64,000 nucleotides of DNA from an uncultured Gemmatimonadaceae bacterium (GTDB lineage Bacteria; Gemmatimonadota; Gemmatimonadetes; Longimicrobiales; RSA9), in assembly GCA_964619835.1 (NCBI GenBank), contig CAZUFP010000010.1, positions 4,561 through 68,560 of the forward strand, written 5' to 3'. Positions 1 through 9,724 of this stretch are shown piece by piece; position 1 is the stretch's first letter, and every line of letters begins with the position of its first letter. Below the pieces are notes generated by a model. That model was not told the origin of the DNA. It did not search any database and saw only the letters and a program-made list of their open reading frames with translations. The translations under genes and the position numbers were made by a program.

Positions 1-67
1 ATAGACGAGGCTCTGGACGCTGTAAACCCCCTTGTGTGGGGCTCGCGAGGGGTCGGCCGCGGGAGAA

Positions 68-433
68 TTATCGCGAATTTTCGGCGTCGTCCTGCGCCAG
101 GGCGCGTAGTTCGTCGAGGGTTTCCACGGCACGGCGCAGGTGGGGGATGACGATGGAGCCGCCGACGACGAGGCCGACGGAAAAAGTGTCAAAAAGCTGT
201 GCGTCGCCGATCCCTTCCTCGACGCAGCGGGTGAGGTGGTAGGTGATGCAGTCGTCGCAGCGCAGGACGAGGGAAGCGACGAGGCCGAGCAGTTCTTTGG
301 TGGGGGTGTCGAGCGCGCCGTCGTTGTAGGCCTGGGTGTCGAGGGCGAAGAACCGTTTGATGGAAAGGTTGTCGGCCGAGAGGATGCGCTGGTTGAGGCG
401 CTCGCGGAACTCGCGGAACTCCTGCACGCTCAT
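68..433 (-). CDS. Carboxymuconolactone decarboxylase / AhpD-like protein
   Basis: Start moved to MSVQEF (ATG overlaps upstream stop, ATGA). Contains LDTPTKELLGLVASLVLRCDDCITYH, a CMD-family CxxC...H motif. Confidence 0.85.
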   Translation of the reverse strand: MSVQEFREFRERLNQRILSADNLSIKRFFALDTQAYNDGALDTPTKELLGLVASLVLRCDDCITYHLTRCVEEGIGDAQLFDTFSVGLVVGGSIVIPHLRRAVETLDELRALAQDDAENSR

Positions 434-1404
434 GGGCGCTCTCCCTTCAGATCGGCGAGTGCGAGGTCGGCCGCGGGGCCGTCCTTGAGCAGGAAGAGGG
501 TGTAGCCGTCGTCGTCGGCGTCGACCTGGACGACGTCGGCCCACAGTCCGTCCTCGTGCTGGACGGCCGGGCCGCGCGGCAGGTCACAGGCGCGCGCGCC
601 CAGGAGTGAGCGGTAGACGAAGGCGAGTCCGTCGTCGGAGATGACGAGCCAGCCGCTGCGGTAGGCGCCCACGCCTTTCAGGCCGGTGATGCCGACCCGG
701 GCGGTCCGGGGGGGGGCGGCGCCGAGGGGCGTCGGCCCGATGAGTCCGCGCAGGTCCCGGGGCAGGTCATCGACGGGGCGCCAACCCGAAGTGCCGAGCA
801 CGCTGCGCAGGCGGGCGACGAGGGCGCGCATGCCGAGGGTGAAGGCGCGCCAGAAGCGGTGTCCCACCAGCAGGATGACCACGATCGCGCCGCCGGCGCC
901 GGCCAGGGCGTACACCGGCCACAGGAGCGCGGCGGTGGTGAGCAGGATGGCGGCGACGTCCTCGATAACGCTGACGGAGAAGCTCAGCCTGGGCCGCGGG
1001 TCCGTGTGCAGCACGATGCGCAGGCCGGCCTTGGTGGCATGCGTGCCGAGGGCGACGATGGCGCCCAGCACCGCGCCGGCCAACTTGGTCGAGAGGCTGT
1101 AGGGCCAGAGTGCAGCCACGGCCAGCATGGCGGCGGCGGACGGGCGGATGAAGGTGTGAACGGCGTCCCAGAGGGAGTCGGCGTGGCGGACCTTGTCGAC
1201 GATGGCTTCGACGATGTAGAGGGCGAGGGCGCTGGCAATGACCAGCAGGCCTCCGAGGCCGCGCAGGCCGGCGGGCATGCCGGCCACGAGGTCGAACCGG
1301 GCCAGGATGCCGAGCACGATGACGGTCGCGTACAGATTGAGTCCGCACGCGAACGACAGGCCGACGGTCTGGCCGATCAGTGCCAGGGAACCGGCGTCCA
1401 TCAT
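430..1404 (-). CDS. DUF4126 family membrane protein with C-terminal soluble extension
   Basis: GLSFACGLNLYA, EAIVDKVRHADSLWDAVHTFIRP and SVIED motifs; several TM helices. Confidence 0.75.
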   Translation of the reverse strand: MMDAGSLALIGQTVGLSFACGLNLYATVIVLGILARFDLVAGMPAGLRGLGGLLVIASALALYIVEAIVDKVRHADSLWDAVHTFIRPSAAAMLAVAALWPYSLSTKLAGAVLGAIVALGTHATKAGLRIVLHTDPRPRLSFSVSVIEDVAAILLTTAALLWPVYALAGAGGAIVVILLVGHRFWRAFTLGMRALVARLRSVLGTSGWRPVDDLPRDLRGLIGPTPLGAAPPRTARVGITGLKGVGAYRSGWLVISDDGLAFVYRSLLGARACDLPRGPAVQHEDGLWADVVQVDADDDGYTLFLLKDGPAADLALADLKGERP

Positions 1405-1521
1405 GGAAGCAACGCCGGGTCACAGATGGGTCTCGGGAACACGGGTCGAAGGTAGTGCGTGGCAGCGAATCGCGGCAAGCCGGGGCCGCGATAGCGCGTA
1501 TGTCCGTGCGCGCGGGCGCGT

Positions 1522-2805
1522 TCAATCGTTCGTGTGGCGCGTTTCCGGGGCGCGGAATACGAGGCACGCGTTGATCCCGCCGAACCCGAAGGAGTTGGAC
1601 AGGCAGGTCCGGGGCGTGAATGCGCGGCCGGTGCCCGGGACGTAGTCCAGGTCGCAGCCGTCGTCGGGGTCGTCCAGGTTGAGGGTGGGCGGGATCCAGC
1701 CGCGCTGCATGGCGAGGCAGCAGATGGCCGCTTCCACGGCGCCGGACGCGCCCAGCGCGTGGGCGGTGTACGGTTTGGTCCCGCTGACGGGCACCCGGTA
1801 GGCGTGCTCGCCGAGGGCGAGTCGGATGGCCGTCGTCTCGGTGGTGTCGTTGAGGGGGGTGGAGGACCCGTGGGGATTCACGTAATCGATGTCATCGGGC
1901 TGCATGGCGGCCGCTTCGAGGGCGAGCCGGATGGAGCGGGCCGCCTGGCTGCCATCGGGCCGCGGCGCGGTCATGTGGTGGGCGTCGTTGGTGGTGCCGT
2001 AGCCGCACACTTCTCCGTAGATGCGGGCGCCCCGGCGGACGGCGTGCTCCCAGTCTTCCAGCACCAGCACGCACGCCGCCTCGCCCATGACGAAGCCGTC
2101 GCGGCCCCGGTCGAAGGGCCGGCATGCGTGGGCGGGGTCGTCGTTGCGCGTGCTCATGGCCCGGATGATGGAGAACGCGCCGAACGAGAGGGGTGCCAGC
2201 GGCGCCTCCACGCCGCCGGCCACGACGACGTCGCAGCGGCCTTCGCGGATCAGCCGCCAGCCCTCGCCCACGGCGATGGTTCCCGATGCGCACGACATGG
2301 CGTTGGTGGCGTTGGGCCCGGTGAAGCCGAACTCGATGGCGATGGAGCAGGACGCAGCGCCGCCGAAGGTGGTGAGCGCGACTCTCGGGTCTACGGCCCG
2401 GATGCCGTCGCGCATGAGGTTGACCACCTGGGTCTCGGCATAGGCGACGCCGCCGAGGGCGGAGCCGATCTGCACACCCACGCGGTCGCCGTCCAGGGCG
2501 GCGGGTTCGAGGCTGGCGTCCTGGAGGGCGAGGCGCGTGGCGGCGATGGAGAACTGGGCGTAACGGTCCATGCGGCGGCTGGTGCGGCGCTCCATGTACT
2601 GTTCCGGCTCGAAGCCGTCCACTTCGGCGGCCAGCTGGGACCGCCAGAGCTGCGGGTCGAATCGGGTCGCCCGGCGGATGGGCGATCGCTCCCGGCGCAG
2701 GCCCTGCCACAGTTCGTCCACGCCGATGCCTGACGCGGTGATGGGCCCGAGGCCGGTGACGGCGACGCGGTGCGTGGGGTCGTGGCTGTTCGCTCGCGGC
2801 GTCAT
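1522..2805 (-). CDS. Beta-ketoacyl-ACP synthase II-like ketosynthase (FabF/KS family)
   Basis: Start at MTPRAN (ATGA overlap). RVAVTGLG, catalytic Cys in MSCASG, His in HGSSTPLND and TAHALGASG, C-terminal SNSFGFGG. Confidence 0.9.
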   Translation of the reverse strand: MTPRANSHDPTHRVAVTGLGPITASGIGVDELWQGLRRERSPIRRATRFDPQLWRSQLAAEVDGFEPEQYMERRTSRRMDRYAQFSIAATRLALQDASLEPAALDGDRVGVQIGSALGGVAYAETQVVNLMRDGIRAVDPRVALTTFGGAASCSIAIEFGFTGPNATNAMSCASGTIAVGEGWRLIREGRCDVVVAGGVEAPLAPLSFGAFSIIRAMSTRNDDPAHACRPFDRGRDGFVMGEAACVLVLEDWEHAVRRGARIYGEVCGYGTTNDAHHMTAPRPDGSQAARSIRLALEAAAMQPDDIDYVNPHGSSTPLNDTTETTAIRLALGEHAYRVPVSGTKPYTAHALGASGAVEAAICCLAMQRGWIPPTLNLDDPDDGCDLDYVPGTGRAFTPRTCLSNSFGFGGINACLVFRAPETRHTND

Positions 2806-3329
2806 GTGGGGCCCTCCCTGCCTTCGATGGCCGCGGCGTCGCCCGCGTCCGGGTGTCCTTCGGGCTCGTGTTCGCGGCGCTCCGCTTCCGTGCCGACGCC
2901 GGCAAGGGTGCGCTGTGCGATGGCGCTCACGAAGTGCGGTCCGATGACGCGGCTGGCGGCGAACGTGCCTACGAGAGGCCAGGACGGGCCTGCCCATTCG
3001 TGGACGATGCGCACCCGGGTTCCGTCCTGGTGCGGCAGGAACTCCCAGCGTACGTCCATGCCGCGGGTGATGCCGTCCACGTGACGGTAGCGGACGATGG
3101 GCCCGGTATGGTCCGAAGCCATCTCCGAGACCCACCAGGTGGGGTAGCGCAACGGGCCGAAGTGTCGCCATGCGGCCATTTCGACGAGGCCGCGGCCGAA
3201 GCCGTCCTTGCGTTGGAAGCGCACTCGCCGGTAGTGGGGCAGCAGCGCCGGCCAGCGCTCCACGTCGGCGGCCACGAGGAAGCAGGTCCCGGGCCGCGCG
3301 TGTACGACGCGCTCATCGATCCGCAGCAT
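2802..3329 (-). CDS. SRPBCC/START-fold polyketide cyclase/aromatase-like protein
   Basis: ADVERWPALLPHY and WWVSE...VRYRHV...MDVRWEF resemble TcmN/WhiE aromatase-cyclase segments. Confidence 0.75.
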   Translation of the reverse strand: MLRIDERVVHARPGTCFLVAADVERWPALLPHYRRVRFQRKDGFGRGLVEMAAWRHFGPLRYPTWWVSEMASDHTGPIVRYRHVDGITRGMDVRWEFLPHQDGTRVRIVHEWAGPSWPLVGTFAASRVIGPHFVSAIAQRTLAGVGTEAERREHEPEGHPDAGDAAAIEGREGPT

Positions 3330-3353
3330 GGTGCAGCGCCTCCCTCCGAGATG

Positions 3354-4661
3354 TCACGGCATGCCGAGCAGGAACCGGGCGAGCAACCCGGGGGCCAGCA
3401 GCGTGGCGGGCGGCCGTGCATCGCCAGTCACCGCGACGAGCGCGTCCGCGACCCCGGGCGAGCGGGCCAGCCGCCGCACGACGCGGTTCGCGCGCCCCGG
3501 CCGGGCCAGAGCCCATTCAATCACGTGCTGCAGCCTGCGGCCGGGGGCCACAAGCCCGTGGAACCGCCGGCTGTAGAGCTCCAGCCGGCGGGCGGATGTG
3601 TCGCCGGCACGCAGCGCCCCGCCGGCTACATCCGCGAGCAGCTCGGCGGACGCCAACGCCCGGAAGATGCCCTGGCCGGTGAACGGGTCGTAATAACCGG
3701 CCGCGTCCCCCACCAGCGCGGCGCCGTCCGCGATCACTGCGCGGGTCGGCACGTCGAACGGGCCCGATGCCAGGAAGGGGCCGTTCACGCCCGGGGCGTC
3801 CCTTTGCGGTCCCTCACGGGCCGGCCTGTCGGCCTCGAGCCGGTCCCGAAGCGCCGGCATTCGCCGCACCCAGTCCCCGACGAACGCCTCGGGCCCGGCG
3901 TTGCGCAGGGCCGACGCGTGCGGTCCGGTGACCACGAGGGTCAGGTTGACCCGGCGGCCTCCTTCATCGACGGGCGCCAGGCCCACGCAGGCGCCCCGCG
4001 CCAGGTGCATCTCGCCGAGCCATGGCGAACCCTGGGGAAAGAGGCCGGGCGCATCGATGTGCGTGGTCAGGGACACCTTGCGCAGGCGCGGCGCCCGCCG
4101 GACCAGGCCGAGCCGCCGGGCGACGACGGATCGCAGGCCATCGGCGCCCACCACGAGCCGGGCACGCAGCCGGAACGGCCGGCCGTCGGCGTCACGGCCC
4201 ACGACGCCCGTGACGGCGCCATGCCCGCCGCCATCTCGCAGCAGGCCGGTGACGTGTGCGCGGAGATAGCGGGCGCCCGCCGCCTGCGCCGCCTCCCACA
4301 ACGCCGCGTCCAGGCGGCTCCGTTCCAGGGCGAGGGCGGGCCCGGTTTCGTGGAAACGGCCGGTGAAATGCGCGCCACCGGGCGCGTGGATGGTCCAGCC
4401 GTGCAGGCGTGCCGGCCGGGCCGCCTCCACGGCATCCAGCAGGCCGAGCCGTTCCAGCACGCGGGTCGCCTGCGCGCTCAAGCACTCGCCGCACGGCTTG
4501 TCCCTCGGGAACGCGTGGCGATCCACCAGGACCACCCGGAAGCCCTGCTGCGCCAGAAGCCGGGCCGTGACGGAACCGGCGGGCCCCGCACCCACGACGA
4601 CGGCATCCGCCGCGGCTTCGGTCCATGCAACCGGCTCCTGCGCGCTTCCTGGGGCGATCAT
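3354..4661 (-). CDS. NAD(P)/FAD-dependent oxidoreductase (geranylgeranyl reductase / flavin monooxygenase family)
   Basis: Start at MIAPGS after AAGGAAGG. VVVGAGPAGS, FPRDKPCGE, GADG and LVGDAAGYYDPFTGQGI motifs. Confidence 0.85.
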   Translation of the reverse strand: MIAPGSAQEPVAWTEAAADAVVVGAGPAGSVTARLLAQQGFRVVLVDRHAFPRDKPCGECLSAQATRVLERLGLLDAVEAARPARLHGWTIHAPGGAHFTGRFHETGPALALERSRLDAALWEAAQAAGARYLRAHVTGLLRDGGGHGAVTGVVGRDADGRPFRLRARLVVGADGLRSVVARRLGLVRRAPRLRKVSLTTHIDAPGLFPQGSPWLGEMHLARGACVGLAPVDEGGRRVNLTLVVTGPHASALRNAGPEAFVGDWVRRMPALRDRLEADRPAREGPQRDAPGVNGPFLASGPFDVPTRAVIADGAALVGDAAGYYDPFTGQGIFRALASAELLADVAGGALRAGDTSARRLELYSRRFHGLVAPGRRLQHVIEWALARPGRANRVVRRLARSPGVADALVAVTGDARPPATLLAPGLLARFLLGMP

Positions 4662-4749
4662 GCCTTCCTTCCGCTGCCGGGGTCGGCCGGCTCCTCGCGC
4701 TGGTCCGCCGGATGTCGTGTGCGCCGTTCCGGCTGCCGGCGCCCGGCTC

Positions 4750-5445
4750 TCAGGCGGGCCGCGCCGTGAGCACGAGGCGGAACAGCGGGTGGCGTCGCAC
4801 GACGACATCCCGCAGCCCCACCCGTTCCGCCAGCGACCGGAGCTCGTCGGGCCGGAACGCCCGCAACACCGACATGGGCCCGTCGTGCCGGGTGAGCGGA
4901 TCGCGGCGCCAGACAGTCGCCGCCAGCAGCCGGGCCCCGAGGTAGCTCGGCCGGTTCCGGTGCAGCTCGCCCACGAAGAGCCACCTTCGCACGACGCGCG
5001 CCATCTCGGCCAGGACCCGGAGCTGGGCGTCGCCGTCGAAGTGGTGCAGCGTCATGGACAGCATAGCGATGTCGAACGCGGCATCGGCGAACGGGAGACG
5101 CAGGCCGTTCGCCGCCGCCACCTGGATGGCCGGCTCGCCTTCCGTTCGCCGAGCGGCCACGGCGGCGATCTGGGGATGCACGTCCACCGCCGTGATGGTG
5201 ACCGTCCGTCCGCGACGGCGGGCCCAGCGGGCAATCGCCCGCGGCAGGTCGGCCGAGCCGGTGCCGATATCCAGGACCGCCGCACCGTCGGAGAGCCGGC
5301 CCGCCAGGGCGCGGACGAGAGCGTGCCGGCCGCCGAGCCAGCGGTTCACCGCCGCCACGTGGTCCAGGGATCGTTCCAGGGTGGGCCCGTCGTGGCGCGG
5401 CGCGTCCAGGCGCTCGGCAGCGCCTTCCAGGCGCGGCAGCGTCAC
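4750..5445 (-). CDS. Class I SAM-dependent methyltransferase
   Basis: VLDIGTGSAD, LPFADAAFD and TRHDGPMSVLRAF; GTG start overlaps the CDF stop. Confidence 0.85.
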   Translation of the reverse strand: MTLPRLEGAAERLDAPRHDGPTLERSLDHVAAVNRWLGGRHALVRALAGRLSDGAAVLDIGTGSADLPRAIARWARRRGRTVTITAVDVHPQIAAVAARRTEGEPAIQVAAANGLRLPFADAAFDIAMLSMTLHHFDGDAQLRVLAEMARVVRRWLFVGELHRNRPSYLGARLLAATVWRRDPLTRHDGPMSVLRAFRPDELRSLAERVGLRDVVVRRHPLFRLVLTARPA

Positions 5446-6311
5446 CGCTCGCCCAGCGGCTCCACGTGGACCACCACCTCCCGCGCCTGGAGCTCCCGCG
5501 ACACACGCTGCTCGACCGCGTCGGCGATCACGTGGGCCTCGCTCACCCCCAGCGTGGGCTCCACCGCGATGGTGAGCTCGGCGAACATCTCGCCGCGCCG
5601 CCCCCGGGAACGCACGTCGTACACGGCCTTCACGCCCGGTGTGGCCTGGGCCAGGCGCTGGATCTTCGACGGGTCCACCGCCACTTCGTCCACCAGCACG
5701 GGCACCGTCGAGCGGATGATGCGCCAGCTGGCGCGAGCGATCACGGCCGCCACCAGCAGGGTGAAGATTGCGTCGGCGCGCGGGTAGCCTGCGGTCACGA
5801 ACAACAGGCCGACGATCACCGCCAGCGACGCATAGATGTCCGACTGGGTGTGGGCCGCGTCGGCGGTCAGGATGTCGCTCGACAGCTCCCGGCCCTTCTT
5901 CCGTTCGTAGTAGGACACGAAGAAGCTCACGATGGCCGAGCCGCCCATGACGGCGAACACCACCACGGTGACGTGCGGCCGTGCCTCACCCGCGATCAGG
6001 CGGTGGATGGCGCTGCTGGTCAGCTCGTAGATCGTGATGGACAGGAACATCACCACGGCGAGGCCGCCCAGCGTCTCGAACTTGGCGTGGCCGTATGGGT
6101 GGTTCTCGTCCGGCGCGCGGGCGGCCACCCGGGACAGCACCAGCCCGATGACGTTGTTCAGCGCGTCCACGGAGGAATGGGCCGACTCGGCCACCACGCT
6201 CAGGGTGCCGGTCATGAAGCCCGCGGCGGCCTTGGCGGCCACCACCGCGATGTTGGCGAGCAGCGTCAGCACCAGCACGCGCCGGATCTCTTCGTGGCGG
6301 TTGCGGCTCAT
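5442..6311 (-). CDS. Cation diffusion facilitator (FieF-like) transporter
   Basis: ESAHSSVD, PDENHPYGHAKFE and ADAAHTQSD motifs; C-terminal HVEP. Confidence 0.9.
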   Translation of the reverse strand: MSRNRHEEIRRVLVLTLLANIAVVAAKAAAGFMTGTLSVVAESAHSSVDALNNVIGLVLSRVAARAPDENHPYGHAKFETLGGLAVVMFLSITIYELTSSAIHRLIAGEARPHVTVVVFAVMGGSAIVSFFVSYYERKKGRELSSDILTADAAHTQSDIYASLAVIVGLLFVTAGYPRADAIFTLLVAAVIARASWRIIRSTVPVLVDEVAVDPSKIQRLAQATPGVKAVYDVRSRGRRGEMFAELTIAVEPTLGVSEAHVIADAVEQRVSRELQAREVVVHVEPLGER

Positions 6312-7735
6312 GGTCTGGCTCCGCCTTCCAGGGCCTCTCCTGCGGTGCCGCCGGACTGTTGCGCCGCGGCGCCTCCAGACTTCGACACCGCCGCGCGTGC
6401 CCCGGCGATCCGGAGGCCGGCGTCCTCGATGCGGGGTCGCAGCGTTTCGACGTCCAGCGTGGTGAACACGCCGTCACGGAACAGCGTGCGCCCCTGCACC
6501 ATGGTGAGCGTCACGTCCTCGCCGCGCGCGGCGTGGAACAGCGTGGTTGCCGGGTCCGCCGCCGGCAGGGTGTGCGGACCGTCCAGGCGCACCGCGCACA
6601 GGTCCGCATCCTTGCCCGGCTCGATGGAGCCGATGCGTTCGTCGAGGCCCAGAGCACGCGCACCGTCCAGCGTCGCCATGTGAAGCAGCGTCGATGCCGG
6701 CAGGGCGTCCGGCGAACGCAAGCGCGCCCGCTGCTGGATCTGCGCCACGCGGGCTTCTTCCAGCAGATCCAGCCGGTTGTTGGCCGCCACCGAGTCGGTA
6801 CCGAGGCCCACGACGATGCCCGCTTCCAGCAGTTCCGCAACCGGAGCGGTGCCATGGCCGAGCCGGGCGTTGGCGACGGGACAGTGGGCCACCGGGCAGC
6901 CGTGGCGGGCAATGCGCGCCACGTCCTCGTCGTCGAGCTGAACGGCGTGGATGAGCAAGGGCCGGGCCTCGAGCACGCCCAGGCGCTCCAGCAAGGCGAT
7001 GGTGGACGGCGCGCGTCGGGGCGTGGCGATGCCGCGGGCGCGCAGTGCGTCGGCGAACGGGCCGGCGCCGTCGCGCACCAGCTCCGTTTCCGCGAAGGAC
7101 TCGGCCGCGTGGGTCGCCAGTGGCAAACCTTCGTCCTGGGCGAAGCGGACCGCCCGCTGGTACAGGGCGTTGGACACCGAGTAGGGCGCGTGCGGCGAGA
7201 CGCCGACCCGCACCAGCGGCGTCTCGTGCTCCCGCATGGCGGCGACCCGGGCGCGCAGCCCGGCCATGGCGGCATCGGCCTGTTCGGGGGCGGGGCCGAA
7301 GACCTCCCGGAACACGACGCCGCGCATGCCCGCATCCCGCATCGCGTCCAACGCGGCGCCGGAATCCTCGGTAGCCGCCAGGGTCGTGACGCCGGTGCGC
7401 AGGGATTCGACGCACGTCCAGCGGGCGGCGGCGTCGTAATCCGCGGAGGCGAGACCAGCGTCCGCCTTGAGCCCCAGCAGGGCCGGGATCCAGCGGTGGA
7501 ACGGCAGGTCCTCGAGGACGCCGCGGAACGCCGCCAGCTCGGGGTGAGCGTGGACGTTGACGAGGCCCGGCATCAGCACCGCCTCACCCAGCGCGACGGT
7601 GGGCCCATCGGACGGGAAGCGGGACGCAGGCCCTACCGCTTCGATGCGGCCGTCGTCGGACACGAGCACACCACCACCCGGGATCGGGGGCGCCGTGACC
7701 GGCAGAACCCAGCGGGCAGTGTACAGGGTGGCCAT
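6308..7735 (-). CDS. Amidohydrolase, MTA/SAH deaminase (MtaD)-like
   Basis: PGLVNVHAH, PHAPYS, THAAES, HCPVAN, LGTDS and GSIEPGKDAD. Confidence 0.85.
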   Translation of the reverse strand: MATLYTARWVLPVTAPPIPGGGVLVSDDGRIEAVGPASRFPSDGPTVALGEAVLMPGLVNVHAHPELAAFRGVLEDLPFHRWIPALLGLKADAGLASADYDAAARWTCVESLRTGVTTLAATEDSGAALDAMRDAGMRGVVFREVFGPAPEQADAAMAGLRARVAAMREHETPLVRVGVSPHAPYSVSNALYQRAVRFAQDEGLPLATHAAESFAETELVRDGAGPFADALRARGIATPRRAPSTIALLERLGVLEARPLLIHAVQLDDEDVARIARHGCPVAHCPVANARLGHGTAPVAELLEAGIVVGLGTDSVAANNRLDLLEEARVAQIQQRARLRSPDALPASTLLHMATLDGARALGLDERIGSIEPGKDADLCAVRLDGPHTLPAADPATTLFHAARGEDVTLTMVQGRTLFRDGVFTTLDVETLRPRIEDAGLRIAGARAAVSKSGGAAAQQSGGTAGEALEGGARP

Positions 7736-7759
7736 GGGGCGGAAGATGGCTCCCGACGG

Positions 7760-9613
7760 CTATTGCGGGAAGTGGAACAGGTCGCCCGACAACAGAGCGG
7801 ACCGGGAGCGGCGGACCTGCGGATCCCCGAAGATGGAGCCCAGGCCCAGGTATTCGCCCACACTGATCATCAACCGGAGATTGTGCGCTCCGATGCCGTG
7901 GCCTACCGGCGCGGCGACGTCGATCCGGTACGTGGTCTTCCCGCCCGACGGGAAATTGAAGCGGAGGCCGGCGCCCAGCGAGCCGCGCCATCCGGAATCG
8001 ACGCCGAACGGCGCGTCACCCGGCCAGACCCGCCCCAGGTCGCCGAACAGCGTGATGCCCGAGTCCATCAGGCCGGGCAGCGGCCAGCCGAGGTAGATGC
8101 GGTCTTCGATGGTGAAGACCGTGCGCAGGCCGCCGGGCAGCTCGTCGCTGTAGAGGCCGCGCACGCCCAGGTCTCCGCCCAGCGTGAGCTGGAACGGCGT
8201 CACCGGGTTCCATCCTCCGGTGAAGGCGCCACGGAAGAAGAACGTCTGGCTCGACAGGGTGTCCGGCCGCAGGTACGCCAATACCTCGCCTTCCGCCAGG
8301 ATGTCCCGGAACCCGTCGGCTCCGGGTCCGCGCAGGGTGCGCCGGGCGTCGACCCGCCCGCGCGTAGCCAGCAGCAGGGGCCCGAACTGGTTCGCGCCGT
8401 AAATGGTCGCGGTGCCCACCACGTCGTCATCGCTGTTGGCCACCGGCAGCGATCGGCCGATACCCAACTGGATCTCCACGCCGTGCCCGATGTCCTCCGC
8501 GCCCCGGAAGGAGTCCAGGCCGTGCCGCTTCACCCAGAAGATGTTGCGCTGGCCCACCAGCAGCACCGCCCGCACGCTCTGCCGGGGCACCATGAGCGGT
8601 GCCACCGCAGCCACCTGCGCGCTGTCGGCCGCCGTTCGCTGGTTGTAGTTGCCGGACAGCGTCTGGCTGACACTGCCCGTGCCGCCGGGAAACGCCAGGT
8701 CCTCGAACGTGAATCCGCCTCCGAACATGGTGAGATGGCCACGGTCGCCCAGACGGCCCACGGCCGCTACGTTGAACGCCCGCTCCCGGACGGGCACCAG
8801 CACGTGGCGCCGCTCCCCGTCCACCCGACCTTCCGAGTAGCCGAAGAAACGATCCTCGTGCAGGTACGACTCCCGCATTGCGCGATGCCCGATCTCGCCG
8901 ATGAACGGGTACGTGATGGACTGGCGGACCAACGTGCCGGCCCGGGTCCGGCCCAGGGCCAGCGTGCCGTCCCAGCGCGAGCGGAAGAGCTGCGGCGTGT
9001 GGTACGCGATCCCGTAGATCCGCCGTACGTCCTCCTCCCGATAGAACAGCTGGAGCTGCTGGCCGGTCCCGAGCACGTTCACTTCCTGAAGGTCGATGCC
9101 CTGGAATCGCGTATGGTTCTCGAAGTCCAGGTGCACGTTCAGTTGCGTGCTCCATTCATCCTGCGTGTCCACCACCACGTGGACGCTGCCGTCCGGCTGC
9201 GGAATCCCGAACACGTCCACCCTCGACAGGAAGGGGTAGCCCCGCAGGATCCGCTCCGTTTCCGCGAGCAGGCTCGGGTCGTAGCAGTCGCCCACGCGGA
9301 ACAACAGCTCGCGCCGGATCACCCAGGCCCGCGTCTGCATGTGCAGCGCGTTGGCCGCCCGGTACGCCCAGCTGAGGCGCGGGTTCAGATCCGGATCCGT
9401 GATATCGAAGATGGAGTGCGGATCCACGAACACGTAGCTGATGCGACCGTTCGGACACGCCTCGGGGACGGACTGGGCGGTCAGCGGGACGGCACCGAGA
9501 GAAACGGCGAACAACAGCACCGACAGGCGGACGGCGAGGCGTGGGCCAGGCCGCGAAGGCCAGGCCAGGAACGGCGTGAGACGCCTGAACGAGTGGGTCG
9601 CGAACCTGTGCAA
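7760..9613 (-). CDS. Omp85/BamA-TamA family outer membrane protein (POTRA-like region plus beta-barrel)
   Basis: Signal peptide, IRRELLFRVGDCYD...ETERILR POTRA-like segment, GVRGL loop motif, amphipathic C-terminal strands. Exact start uncertain. Confidence 0.7.
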   Translation of the reverse strand: MHRFATHSFRRLTPFLAWPSRPGPRLAVRLSVLLFAVSLGAVPLTAQSVPEACPNGRISYVFVDPHSIFDITDPDLNPRLSWAYRAANALHMQTRAWVIRRELLFRVGDCYDPSLLAETERILRGYPFLSRVDVFGIPQPDGSVHVVVDTQDEWSTQLNVHLDFENHTRFQGIDLQEVNVLGTGQQLQLFYREEDVRRIYGIAYHTPQLFRSRWDGTLALGRTRAGTLVRQSITYPFIGEIGHRAMRESYLHEDRFFGYSEGRVDGERRHVLVPVRERAFNVAAVGRLGDRGHLTMFGGGFTFEDLAFPGGTGSVSQTLSGNYNQRTAADSAQVAAVAPLMVPRQSVRAVLLVGQRNIFWVKRHGLDSFRGAEDIGHGVEIQLGIGRSLPVANSDDDVVGTATIYGANQFGPLLLATRGRVDARRTLRGPGADGFRDILAEGEVLAYLRPDTLSSQTFFFRGAFTGGWNPVTPFQLTLGGDLGVRGLYSDELPGGLRTVFTIEDRIYLGWPLPGLMDSGITLFGDLGRVWPGDAPFGVDSGWRGSLGAGLRFNFPSGGKTTYRIDVAAPVGHGIGAHNLRLMISVGEYLGLGSIFGDPQVRRSRSALLSGDLFHFPQ

Positions 9614-9724
9614 GATGCGCTAATCTTAACGTCTCGCGGCGCGCGGTGCCGCCTCCGGGAGGACCCGGTGGGGCGCGCCGCGAGCAATCACTCGGACTTT
9701 TCGATTCCTTCGGAGGAATAAACG

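Noticed and set aside
6359-9721. 1120-aa plus-strand ORF and similar long antisense ORFs (e.g. 2853-4769, 19199-21517, 40532-43216)
   Set aside because: They lie opposite well-supported genes, are Arg/Gly/Ala-rich and have no family motifs.
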